Assembly: GCA_964234715.1 (NCBI GenBank)
Contig: OZ174276.1
Length of the DNA stretch: 64,000 nucleotides
Reading direction: 5' to 3' (one strand)
Origin: Podarcis melisellensis
Lineage: Eukaryota
The position numbers and the translations under genes are program-made. The notes beneath the pieces were generated by a model that had not been told where the DNA came from, searched no databases, and saw nothing but the letters and a program-made list of their open reading frames with translations. Of this stretch, positions 1 through 12,010 are shown in pieces; within the stretch, counting starts at the first letter, position 1, and each line of letters opens with the position of its first letter.

Positions 1-299
1 ATCCAAAGGAGAATGTGTGGCAAAGTAACATGCAGTCAACATCTTCTACGGAAGATTTATGCCTTGTTCTGCACTTCACCACATGCCCACCCCTTCCTTG
101 TGAACCCCCCTGAATGTTGGTACTCTTATCCACCTATTGGACCTGGTGTTGATTTTAATAAAGTTCTCACTTTCTCATTCATATGTTTCCCAATCAACCA
201 TTCTAATTGGTTGTGGTAACAAATTTTAAACTTGGACACTATGATTCATGCATTGGTAACTTTACAATTGGACTCTTATAATTTGTTCTTTGTGGGACT

Positions 300-625
300 T
301 CCCCTAAGACTGGTCTGGAGGCTTTTGGAGAATGCTGTGCCCAGGTGGTTGAGTGGAACACCTTGATGCACACATAATTTTACACCTGTGCGTAAGGAAC
401 AGCTGCTGTGCAGCTAGCCAGTCATGTACAAGGTCTTGTTACTAACGTATAAAACCCTGAACAACTCAGGGCCAGGTTACCTGAAAGACTGACTTCCCTG
501 TCTGCAAGAACATTTAGATCATCTGGGGAAAATTTACTTGTGGCACCACATCCTACAAAACATCACAAGGCACCCTACAGAATAACACAAAGCAGGTATT
601 TTCCATCATTGCCCCTACACTTGAT
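300..625 (+). mobile_element. Old L2-clade LINE ORF2 fragment
   Basis: Degraded match to the L2 3' ORF2 motifs (YKVLLLTYKTLNNSGPGYLKD), similar to the younger copy at 40909. Confidence 0.55.
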
Positions 626-3600
626 CTCCATATGTGTCTATGAGAGAGAGAACCTTTGTACTCAAAACTTACTTAAACTTCACTTGACTGTTTCCATTTG
701 GTTTGATCAAGGGATATAGATTCTGTTTAAAGAGATTGAGACTGCAATCTTATAGTCACTTTTGGCAGTAAGACCCATTTGAACTCACTTCCCCCTTCCT
801 CTCCTCTCCCATGCAGCTCCCTGCGTGCCCCAAATATCTGCCCCAGAGTATCCCCCAACCCAAAGGTGAAGGAAGAAATGGAAAGGAGGTCCTGTTGTGG
901 AAACAGATATATTTTAGATTTCCATCTATTCTTGTACCCTAGTATTTCTTCCTTTCTCCCACCACAAAACTTTCAGTCCTATTGAGTTATGCAAAATGCA
1001 TCTTGACAAATTGCTGCATTCTGTCTTACAGTATTAAAAGTAGAGCCGAAATTGGATTTTTCTAACCACATAATTTGGAGGTCTTAACCGATCTCTCCAT
1101 CCATCACTGCTATATCTTCCTTGCTTCAGTGTGGGCAGGTAGTGTGTTGTTTTTGCTGGATCAGCTTTTGCTGACGGGCATATTCAGATGATGGAAACCT
1201 AATTCTGTAGGCAAAGATAAGGTTCAGTTATACTTCATCTCATTTTCCAGGTTGAACATGGAACAACTACAGCTACATAACCGCCAGCCGTGTTTATCCA
1301 AAGGCAAATGGGTGCAGCTGGATTTGCTCTTGTTTTCCAGCTCTAATCTCCCTCATCTGGACCAAGGAGGAGTAATTTGTTTTAGCATCTTTTTAGCTAA
1401 GAGTAGCTGGTTTGTTACCATACCAAGATAGAAGAAAACAACCACACACAGTTCTAAGTAGAGGCCATTAATGGCTAAACTTAGACTTCAAAATCCCTAT
1501 AACGTCTTACATAAACTTAAACATTTAATTTATTTCCTAGAGAGACAAGAAGCTGGTGCTTCCCGCCCCCCCTCCACTCTTAACCTCCCCCTCATGTGTC
1601 AGTCAGCTACCAGAATCTGGAAATGATTTTAAAATTCCTTCATATTATTCAAGGCAGAAGAATTACCAAAATTGTGCTCTAAGCAAAACAGCATTCTTGG
1701 GTTGCCAAGGCAGTAAACAATGGCTTTAGGAAATGCAATAAGACTTCAACATCTGTTTTGGAGCTGATATTTTAACCATTCTGTGTTTATTTTACATGCC
1801 TGGTTGGTGATCTCTGTCATACATCTGTGAAGCCAAAAACCAAGACAATGAAAGAGGTAGCAAGTCAGTTTGGAGCTCCAGCTATAAGCCTGGTTTTCCA
1901 TGCTGAGTTTTTAACATAAAAGTGCTTCTGGCTTTTGTCTTAAGTTTGTGAATTATAACTTAGTTTAGCAAATCATGCTACCATTACAAGACTTTTTGCA
2001 TACACCTAGGACAGTCATGAGTTTTAAAAGAACATCATTGTGCTTGACAGCTTTAGATAGAAAAGCACGAATATCCTGCACCTTCAATCTTATGTGGAAC
2101 CTTAAAGGTTGCTGAAAATATCCTCCTGAAATAGTAACACCACTCAACAATAGCAGAAGTACTAGATTAAGCACAGGTTAACTACAGGAAGTTGACTATC
2201 AGCCAAACTTGTCATGGCACCAAATGCATCATTGGCACCCATATTACATGGTCAGGATAGGAAACCCAACTGTTTCTCAGCAGCAGTTCTGACAGTCTCC
2301 CAGCTGTTACCTATCCCAAGAAGAAAATGGGAGCTTTCTTTTCAGGGCCAACACAGCCATGGGAAAGGGATGATCTCCATTAGTACTTCAATGAGGTATG
2401 AAAGGGCTGAACATCTGCTTCCTACTTCTGCAATCCTGACAAAATCAAGACATCACCACCTGCGCCTAACATCACTTTTTAAAAAACAAGCATGCAGGCA
2501 TATTATCAGTGTTGCACCTAGCATCATGCTGTATGTAGTTCAGCCTTGATGGGTCTTTTCCCATAATGCACACATAAATACACTTAAACTGGAATCCCAT
2601 ACACAGTAGGGAGTAAGAACCATTTGGCAAAATCATACTGACTTCCAAGTAATTTGGAATTTGGAAACATTTTCTCAGGGCAGCTGACACAGTGTAGTAA
2701 AAACAGTAAAAAATAATTTATATTCTCTTAAGATTTAGTTTAGAGTGCATTTTTTATAGCCTCATCCAAAGGAATTTGCACAGAGGAGCACATAAAGATT
2801 TATGCCACTGCTACTGAAGCACTATCCACTGCATGGCAATTGAGATAGAGGCAGACAACGCTGTTCCAGTTGCTATTGAATCTCTGAATCTCCATGTAGG
2901 ATTGCTAGGAGGCTCCTCCCGACTAAGCCTGCAAAATAGCACCAGTTGCTACTAAGTACCCCCAGAGTGGGAACACAAGTGGCTATTTCTGTATCAGCAC
3001 TTTGAGTAATCCCAGCATCGCTACAAGTCTGCCCTGTCAGACAAAGGTTTTGAAAATGTAAAGGTAGAGTCTGGACCCAGTTGCACTGAAAAACCTAATT
3101 CTGTATTGCACAGCAAGAAACGAAGCCACGCATGTTGCAATCAAGTTGACTTTGTAGTAACTCCTAGAAAGATTGCGTGAGAAGGCAGGCCCCTCATAAA
3201 ACAACTCCCCTTGTTTGGCACATCAGTTGTCTGGTTTGGAGCTGGGAGTTTCACCTGAAATGTTGGTTGTTTTTTGACAAGGAAGTGAGAGTTGGAAGTT
3301 ATTTCTGAGACATCTTGCCTTCTTGTTGCTCCCAGCGTCCATCCCTTTGCAAACAAAATGGACTTTGATTCATCTTCTACAAGAAGGCATAACTCCACTG
3401 TAACAACATCACTTCAGAAGTTGAATCTGTGAAAATCAGTCAAGCTTTATTAAAGCGTAGGCCCTAAAGATGTCCCTTGTGAAACAGAATGAAGCAGATT
3501 CTAATGGGCATCTGTGCTAAATTTCAGTGGAGCAGGATCTAGTCTTGTAGCATAAGTTTTTGAAAGACTGCAGTTGTGAGGAAATATTCCCATAGTTATA

Positions 3601-4235
3601 TTCAGTGGATCTCTGGGCCTATTTTCCCCTTTAATTCTTGCTTCTGTATAAACTTTTAGGTGGTGTACAGGGATAGGTAATACAGAGACCCCGAATGTTG
3701 AAAGAACTGAAACAACCTTACAATTCTATAATTCTATGAATTGTTTACTCTTCAGTTTCAGGTCTCTGCCAAGCATTCATGGATCAACAGAAGGTCCTAT
3801 GATTGAGAAGTTAGTTACTTAACACTTTTGGCCCTCTGTAGCCCTATGTTATGTGGCTGTTATAGGGTTGGCAACATACATTTCTGCTTAGGAAACCTAT
3901 GGCAAAATATAGCAAGGTAACATGCAGGTGGTGACTGGAATCTTCTCTAGATTTCTGCTGAGCAAAATTTTAAAAACTTATTCAGTAGCCAAAGTTTATT
4001 GAGTATTCTTCACTGTATTTGTTTTATATGTGTACCTTTGCGGAGTGGGTTCTGCGCAGAGCTGATGTACAGTCAGCTTGGCCTATGTGAAAATATGTTG
4101 TGTGAAGTATCAAAAAGGTGGAACCAAATGTGGAGACCAAAGGATAAAATGTATCTTAAGTGTTTTCTACAACAAATGGAAAGTGTGTTTTTTTCTCATC
4201 TCACAGAAGAGTCTAAGATTTTTTTTTATTCTAAA

Positions 4236-4255
4236 TAGATAGATGATAGATAGAT
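4236..4255. repeat. (GATA)n microsatellite
   Basis: Directly visible tandem repeat. Confidence 0.9.
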
Positions 4256-5236
4256 ATGCAGTTCGTAGATATTTTGCTCATTGTCTTCTACTTACAGTCT
4301 AGAATTGATGATGATGGCTTAAGAAGTAAGGTCACCATTTATGCATCACCAAAAAAAACCCCCCACAGATTAGCATAACATTTACATAATGCTATTTTAC
4401 ATGTAGAGGTGCAGATTTTAAAATAATAATTTAAATAGAAATACAATGCATTTCACCTTAGTGGGGAGAACTGTGACCTGTGTGCCTGCTCAGTCGGTTC
4501 TCCAGGTTGGTAACTACTGTCAAGCAACTTCAGGGGTCCTGCTTTCCTTTTTATGGTTCTTTATCTTTAAAAAAGCACCTCTTCCAATAGAGGACTGTCC
4601 TCTGAAAAGTAGGACATGTGGCCACCCTATCAAGAAGTCATAATCAGTTAGCCCATCATCTTTTTATTGTCTCCAGATGAAGCCTCAGGCACTGTTTTTG
4701 GTTCCGAAAGCCTCAGTTTCTTGCTTTCTGCAAACATATAATTGTGTGAACAAAAATACAAACAATGCCGAATTCAAAATTGTAGATGAGAAGTGTGATT
4801 AAATTGTGTATGTATGACTTGCCGGAAACGTACTAGAAGTAAACAGGTTGGACAAGGAATGCAAAAAACATCCCTGCATCCCATGGAAGTAGCACATACA
4901 TTGCTTGGGTTCTGAGCCTTTTGCAAGTGTTCTTACTCCAAAAATGATAGAATGATAGAAGCATCTTTTTTTAAGAGTAACATTTAGCAACTCCTGCATC
5001 TGAAAAGGGTATTTGGAGTTTATGTGGAGAGTCGAGTAAACTGTTCCACACAGCTCCATCCTGTATACCTTTCACTGCCTTGGGGCAAGCTGATTATATT
5101 AATGAGACTTCTGCACCTGCAAGTGATTTACTGGGTGTACAAAATGAAGACGCAGAAACTTCAGCCAAGTTGTCCCGATTTCTGTATCAGTGGCCCTGGC
5201 ATACACCCTAATGCCTTGATTTCTCTTTGTTTGCAG

Positions 5237-5643
5237 GAGCATTGCTGCTGGGGGGGATTCTCTACTCCTGGCAGTTCCCTCATTTCAATGCACTCAGCTG
5301 GGGGCTCCGCGAAGATTACTCCAGAGGTGGCTACTGCATGATGTCTGTCACCCACCCAGAAATGTGCAGGCGGGTGGCTCTGCGTCATTGCCTCGCCTTA
5401 ATTGGACTTTCATCACTGGCTCCCATCCTTGATGTCACCACGTGGACTTTCCCCATAATTTCTCTTCCCATCAACCTGTACATTTCCTACCTTGGCTTTC
5501 GTTTCTACAGAGACGCTGACCGTGGCAGCTCCCGGAAGTTGTTTTTCTGCAGCTTGTGGCACTTGCCAATGCTCCTCTTGCTCATGCTGACTTGCAAGAA
5601 ATCTTGGTACAAAAAGGACAACGAAAAGGAATCCTTGAGTTGA
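5237..5643 (+). CDS. COX10: Last coding exon of protoheme IX farnesyltransferase (heme O synthase, UbiA family); upstream exons lie outside the window
   Basis: Translation [41 protein letters not shown]...[22 protein letters not shown] matches the vertebrate COX10 C-terminus. Acceptor ttctctttgtttgcAG (AG 5235-5236, phase 1), branch-like CCCTAAT 5206-5212, stop TGA 5641-5643. Confidence 0.97.
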
Positions 5644-6377
5644 GGTCGCATCATGTTGGAAAACTCACGTTGCCTTTGTGATAACTATTGGCTTCAGAAG
5701 CTCCTATTCAAAATGACATACGTATTTCAGTTATCATGCAGCAGGGAGGTTTTCTGTTGATGTATTCAGAGAGAATATTTTGTGTCCAGTGAACACTCTC
5801 TGTGATTTTTTTCAAATTAAATCATTTGATTTGGGACACACACATGACTCTTGGATTTGATTTTCGAATGTGAGATCCTTTCATTGACTATACAGAGATG
5901 ATGCTAAGATGCATGTTATATCTTAATAGCATACTGATGAAGGAACAAATCTCTATCTAATTCTTAAGGATGTATGGCAAGCCTGCTGAATCTAGTTCGG
6001 CAACAGTTCCCACAGGTGACTCATATGCATCTGCACTTTTCCACACCAGAACAGGAGGGTTAGCTTAACAATATGCAAAAATCACTCTGCCCTAGTTTCT
6101 AGGAGTATATTCTCATTCTGTATGGAAAGTGGAAGGGAGTAACAGTATTTGGAGCTGAAAGAAACCACTGGGTAGTGTCATCCTCTCATAGATGCTATTA
6201 ACCTATGAGGGTACCCAATTTCCACCTTTATTTAAACTTTTTCTGAATATGGTATAGACAGTTCATAAAGGAAAGATACAGAGAAGTTTGACTGGAGCTA
6301 TTAAAAAGCTCTTAAAAAGGAAAAACAGCCATGACTACTTGAGAGAGAGAGAGAGAATAATAAGGGGTACACATATA

Positions 6378-6444
6378 GTGTGTGTGTGTGCGCGCGTGTA
6401 TGCGTGCATGCATGTATATGTGTGTGCGCGCGCACACACACATG
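6378..6444. repeat. 67-nt perfect purine-pyrimidine alternating, quasi-palindromic tract
   Basis: gtgtgtgtgtgtgcgcgcg...gcgcgcgcacacacacatg, preceded by (GA)n at 6341-6356. Confidence 0.9.
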
Positions 6445-6608
6445 AAACATAAAGCCCCCAATGTATGTTTAAAGGCAGACCATCATGCAGAAATACATGG
6501 CTTTCCCATCAGCCAGGTCTTTGCTCTGTACAAGCCCTCACCTCATCTCTGGTTACCAACTTAGAAGTCCTTTTGGCATTTAAGCGGATCATAAATAATA
6601 ACCCTTAA

Positions 6609-6614
6609 AATAAA
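6609..6614 (+). terminator. Candidate COX10 polyadenylation signal AATAAA
   Basis: First canonical AATAAA I found after the stop (~1 kb UTR). Alternatives at 8033 and 8405. No transcript evidence. Confidence 0.4.
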
Positions 6615-6638
6615 GAATGTTAGTACCTGGTAGTATTT

Positions 6639-6812
6639 GCAGTCAAAGCCATGGGGTTAGAAGGGCCCGACAGTTTGGGTAGCTCCAGGAATGACTCCTA
6701 GCACTAAAATCTGCCCATTGACTGGAAGTGTACAGCTCAATTCTTGGTTTTCTGACAATCGGCCTGCTTGACAGGAAACAAACTTATGCCCGGCAAATTT
6801 CCACCCCATCAG
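6639..6812. repeat. Diverged direct repeat, copy 1
   Basis: ~80% identical by hand alignment to 7898-8068. Confidence 0.9.
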
Positions 6813-7897
6813 ACCTTTGACAACTTTCATGCCATCCTTCTTTCATAGCAGCCTTTTTGCTAGTAGGTTATGATTGCCATCCTCCATCCAGGAAGGAGCT
6901 ATTTGTTGTCTGAATTTCCGTTTCCTGAATTTCCGACTCTTATTTCCTGCAACACATCATCAAGCAACCCTGATGGAAATGGAAATACAGAACGGATGGA
7001 ATCAGCTCAGTCTGGCCACGGAGAAAACATTTTTAACCAATCTGAAACAAGGAAATAACCTTCAGGGTGTAACTACTGTGGCTGAACAACCACAGAAACA
7101 GAAGCTTGTTCACTTTATATGCCAATCTTGTTTATGGCTTCAAGATGCTAGGTTAGTTGCGTATGGTTTATTGCATTCTTTTAACGCTAGCTTTTATATC
7201 ATAGTTTTTCATGTTTCCACTACTTTCAGAAAGAAAATTCAAAGCACAATGATCATCTTCCTTTCATCACATACACCCTACCAAATAATTTAAGTTCATT
7301 TGGAATGTGAAGGTTTATTGGAATATGTGTGAGATCAGGGTGCCTTCCTTGGAGATAGGGGGACCTAGCATAGAACAAGGACAAAACTGTTGTTATTTTA
7401 CCTACTTGCATTGTTGTCTAATTGCAGGGAATGGAGAATTACCAGAAAACATTTGGGATGTCTGAATGAACAATTTGTAGGTGAGAATTTTAGGTGAGAA
7501 CTGAGGGCATCATGGCAATTAATTCACAATGCTACTCTGATCTATATTTGCAAGAATGAGTTGAGGAGAACCTGCACAACCAATTTAACTGTCATATATA
7601 CAGGTTGATCTACTTCCCCACGGATACATACACACACATCCTCAGAACACAATAATACTATTAAAAGTACAATTCTGTATGTGTCTACTCAAAAGTAAGT
7701 CCTACTGAGTTCAGAACTTCCACACAATTCAGACTACTGCTGAACAAGCTGTAGAAGAGGTCGTACAAAGAAGACAACTAATTTATTTGGCACGAATCCA
7801 GACCAAGCTCCCACTTAAATCAGTGGCCTGACTTGTCTATTTGCAATGGTTTCAATGGGACCAAAGTAGGCTGGATCTAAACTATTGTGTCCAAAAG

Positions 7898-8068
7898 GCA
7901 GTTAAATCCATGGGGTAAGGGCTCAAAGGTTTTGGGTAGGCCCAGGAGTGACTCCTAGCACAAAATCTGCCCATTCACTAGAAGCATATAGCTCGCCTCT
8001 TGTTTTTCTGACAACCAGCCTGCTTGAAAGGAAATAAACTTCTGCCAGACTAATTCCCATTCTGCCAG
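7898..8068. repeat. Diverged direct repeat, copy 2
   Basis: ~80% identical by hand alignment to 6639-6812. Confidence 0.9.
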
Positions 8069-9332
8069 TGTTAGATTCTGCTATAAATTCATAAGGAGCA
8101 AGTTTTGGCTTCTAACTGCAATAATACTAGCCTAACTTACTGGATTATTTTAAGAATTGCTGAAATAATGTATGTGAAGTACTCTTGACAATCTAAAATA
8201 CTAAAGAAATAACATGCTAATGCTGCGATCCTATGCTTATTTGCTGAGATTAAGCTCTCGGTAGGGCTTGCTTCTAAGTAGTCTCCTTAAATGCAGGGGT
8301 TTCCAATGAAGAACAAATGAATAACAGAAATACGGGTCCTCTCAAATACAACTAATTTCATTGTTCCAATATGAAGTTGTCTTACTTCCACTATCAATTT
8401 TGCTAATAAAGCTTTCCTTGGCCTGGTTGTCTTTATGCACATAGATTCCCATGAGATCAAGGTTGTGGGCAGGCAGGGGAAGCATAGGAAATACCACGCC
8501 GGATCAAAATATGTAATCCATTTTGGAACTACAACAGATTTCTTCCTTTCTCTGTTTTAAAGTGTAGCCAGTGGTTGTGTGTGACTTTGTGCAACTACAC
8601 CTTCAATCCAGAGTGGTTTTTTTCCTGAATTTGAAAAGAGCTGTAGGATAATGGGCAATTGTGTCCATGACCCTTTTTCTTTCTCAGTAAACCATTAGAG
8701 ATTGCCACCTGGCCAGTTTTTTTCTGCCACCTGATTGCTTTTCTAATACTGAATCAATGACAGTCCATGGACAGCTTCTAAATGTGCATATTAATGAAAT
8801 ACCACAATGCACCAGTGGCTATTATTTTGTTTTCCTTAGGGGTAGGGGAAGACCCCTGATCACAGAAGTGAGAAAATGGGAAATTATTGATCTGATCTAC
8901 CATTGCTTGAGGGCCTGTGGCTATTAATATTCCCAGAAACTAGTTTTTGATGCTCAAAGCTGGGAACTCATGAAATCATGTGTTACCTGGCTCTCCCATG
9001 TTTTTCATCTTTTTAAATGATTTTAAACAAGGAAAGGAAGAGGTGGAGGTAGAATAAACACACACCTTGCCCTAGTAACTCCCAAAAGTCCAACATCTCA
9101 ATCACCCAAGCATCATATCCCATTGTAACAAATGTCCAGAACAGCAGCTGTGATAGCCTGTTGCAGCAAAAACAACTGTGATTTGTGGCAGGCTAACGAC
9201 TTAATTGATTATGGCACAAGCATTGTGTGTATCACAATATACACCTCTGTGAATCTGATTGCTACAAACTCGGCCTCACAATTCATTTGAAGGACATATG
9301 CGGTGGACAAGCCAGTTGCTCAGGACATCTCT

Positions 9333-9661
9333 CAGAGGTGGATTTAGGGCAGCATAACCATTTCCCCCACATAGGGCACTGAGCCAAGGCAATGCCCTCC
9401 TTCCCAAAGCCTAGCAAGCACTCAGTTCGGGTTGGAGACGTAACGGCTCTGGCAGGGTCCTAGAGTTCCCCTCCTTCCTTCTCGAAGCCTAGTTAGCACT
9501 TGCCCTGCTTTGGGAAGGATGAAGAAGGGCTCTAGGACCAGGCTAGAGCCCTCATGCCTCCTTCCCATAGCCCAGTGCCTTGTTTACTAGGCTTTGGGAA
9601 AGCAGTGTGAAAGCTGGGAGGAGGCATCAAATTTGGGTCTTGCTTGGGGCACCATATTACC
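9333..9661. mobile_element. Probable degraded non-autonomous DNA transposon with internal repeats
   Basis: Starts CAGAGGTGGATTTAGGG. The motif CTTCCCAAAGCCTAG recurs in direct (~9399, ~9478, ~9560) and inverted (~9508, ~9586) orientation. Confidence 0.35.
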
Positions 9662-10239
9662 ATTTCTCTTGCCTGTTTTCTTTTGAAGAAAGAAGACATT
9701 CCTCTTTGTTTTGTTTTGTTTTTCAAGGAAGGTCAAGATGTGGACACTGCAAGAATGACTTAACACTTTGCTGGGGCGGTTCCACCGGGTTTGGTTTTCA
9801 TTTATTTGAAAGGCTGCGTGTTTTCAACAGAAGAAGGCATCAAGACGGATGTGAGGCAATCATCCTTCCAAATGTTCCCAACTAGAAGACGGGATTGTAC
9901 TGGAAGCAAGGGAAATGGTTACAAGAGGAGATCAAACATTAAGTGATCTGGATTTATTTAAGTTAACTTGGGAGCAGCGGGGTATTATGTCTTACGGTGG
10001 AAAATAATAAAATGAAACTCAACAAAGAAAAGCATTAAGCATGACACATTGGAAAGAAATGGCAAATGTATAATTACCAAACTGGGGAGACGATTGTCTG
10101 GGCTCCAGCATTACCGAGAAGGAATAAGAAGGAATGAGAGTCTATCTGAAGCTGAGCCAGCAACGTAGCATTTCTTACAAGACAACAGACACTACTTGAA
10201 GCTGTATTAACAGCATCTTCAGCCTGCCAGACGGGAGGG

Positions 10240-10490
10240 GGTAATAGTCTTGTTTTATTTGGCACTAAGTAGGTCTCCAGTGCAGTATTGTGTCCAGTTG
10301 TGGTCACCACTTTTAAAGACGGATTAGACTAAACTGAAAACGATTCTGAGGGAAGCAACAAAACTGACACTTTGGAATGCATGACACAGGAGGGGGGAAA
10401 CTGTAGAAACTTGTCGCGGTTAGTTAGCCTAGAGGAAAGAAGGGTGGATGGAAAGAAATGATAGCAGCTCTCGGGTATCTAGACATGCAG
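10240..10490 (+). mobile_element. Old CR1 LINE ORF2 fragment; probable continuation at ~11600-11830
   Basis: Degraded QYCVQLWSP...KL...RxATK...SLEERR...MIA motifs typical of the CR1 RT C-terminal region. Confidence 0.55.
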
Positions 10491-10797
10491 GGAAGGAAAA
10501 CCTGGAGCAGCTCCTCCCCAACGGCCCACTTCTCACTGAAGTGGTAAGCCAACATCTGCGTCGCTCTGCTTCGAATTGCAGGTGAGGACTGACAGTTGTG
10601 CCAGTGGTGTAGTGTCACCCAGATTCATGTTCTGGCAGGTGCATGCCTTTCTGTCTCTTTGGAGAAGGAGTGTCACTGTTGTAGAGCACCTGCTCTGCAT
10701 GAAAAAAATGTCATTGCACCTCCATTTAGAGCTGGGGAAAACTTCTGACTGAAGAGAAATTGCTAGTTGGTGTAGAGTAGACAATAATGGGCTAGAT

Positions 10798-11459
10798 CAG
10801 GCATGTCCAAAGTCAATTTCGGGGGCCTAATTCAGCCCGCCGATCAGTTTAATCTGGCCCATGTGGCAGTTAATTTCCTGGGGTAAAATCCTTTAAAAAA
10901 TCCTCAACAACTTCAATCCTAAAAAAAGGTTAACAACTTTGGTCAGCCCTTTGGTCGGCCCTCACGGCCCTTCACTTCATCAAATCTGGCCCTCTTTGGA
11001 AAAGGTTTGGACATCTAGAGGAAGATTGGAAGAAATTCAAGATTTATCTACAAAAATATTGTAAACTGTATGAATGTTGAAGGATGCTAGAGTATAAACA
11101 ACTTGGCACCATTAAGCTAGATGAAGTGAACTATGAAGATAAGCTAAATTTAAGAAGAGAGAAATATTTGGAAGCTTTAGGTTATATTTAATGTTTTAAG
11201 ATTTGAATACAGTATAAGACATTTAAAATCAGAGATATAACATTGGAAAATTAGATAACAAGAATAGAAACAAGGGGATAAATTTGCTGGACAAACTTTA
11301 TAGACAGGAACGCAGGAGCGGGAGATGTGAGGGAGTCCAAAGAAGTTAAGAAAATTAAGTAAAGAGATGTGTTATATTGTATTGTTTATCGGTATTGTAA
11401 TCAAAATAAAATTGTCAATAAATTTTTTTTAAAAAAAGGAAAAGGTTTGGACACCACTG
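10798..11459. mobile_element. Non-autonomous hAT DNA transposon containing an L1 insertion
   Basis: TIRs CAGGCATGTCCAAA / TTTGGACACCACTG. Perfect 8-bp TSD GGCTAGAT at 10790-10797 and 11460-11467. Confidence 0.85.
11014..11437 (+). mobile_element. 5'-truncated L1 (ORF2 C-terminus, 3'UTR, A-rich tail)
   Basis: 16-bp TSD GGAAAAGGTTTGGACA (10998-11013 and 11438-11453). Encodes LEEDWKKFKIYLQKYCKLYEC*. AATAAA and A-tail at the end. Confidence 0.8.
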
Positions 11460-11534
11460 GGCTAGATAGACCAATGAATTGACCTCTTATAAGGCAGCTG
11501 TGTTTCATAACTGCATACTTCTCCAATTGCATAC

Positions 11535-11566
<32 letters not shown>

Positions 11567-11949
11567 ACTCAAGTGTCACTGTCAAGACACAAGTTTAAAA
11601 CCTTAGGGAAACAAGGACATGAGAGAAGCACTGAAAGGACAAGAGGCATCAAATTAAAGTTTCAGCAGAGCTGAAATCAGGTGTAAACCTTCGTAACTGT
11701 AAGCAGCGGACCACAGAATAAGTTGACTGTGGAAGTTGGGCAATCTGTTTCTGGAGGCTTTTAAAGGGAGGCTCCATGAGGTCAGCTCTTGTGGTTCTAT
11801 GCATTGGCATTCTTATAGATCCCCCAGGGGAAATGATACATTGCTAGGCCTTCAAATTAAGAGCTCATCCCAATGCCCCGTTTCTTTCTTGCCACCTAGT
11901 TATGGCTAGAAAAAAACTTTTGCCCAAAGCACACCAATTTATATAACAT

Positions 11950-12010
11950 AGATATAGATGATAGATAGATGATAGATTAGAGATGGATGGATAGATAGAT
12001 AGATGATAGA
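11950..12010. repeat. (GATA/GATG)n microsatellite
   Basis: Directly visible; (CTTT)n also at ~11536-11562. Confidence 0.85.

Larger units (their letters stand above)
10665..11510 (+). mobile_element. tRNA-derived squamate SINE (Squam3-like) split by a hAT insertion
   Basis: gtagagcacctgctctgcatg head; ...gtagacaataatgggctagat|agaccaatg...tataaggcagct tail rejoins across the insertion. Same family as the minus-strand copy at 46226. Confidence 0.6.

Noticed and set aside
1-5236. Additional COX10 exons
   Set aside because: No frame resembling the preceding COX10 exon was seen; the region appears wholly intronic.
6690-6760. SECIS-like ATGA-N11-AAA motif after COX10's TGA stop
   Set aside because: No complementary 3' helix with a correctly spaced GA quartet, and COX10 is not a known selenoprotein.
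6874-7293. 139-aa ORF between the two direct-repeat copies
   Set aside because: TTG start, no recognisable domain or retroelement motif; consistent with a chance ORF.
6639-8068. H/ACA snoRNA pair interpretation of the direct repeat
   Set aside because: No correctly positioned H box plus terminal ACA shared by both copies on either strand.
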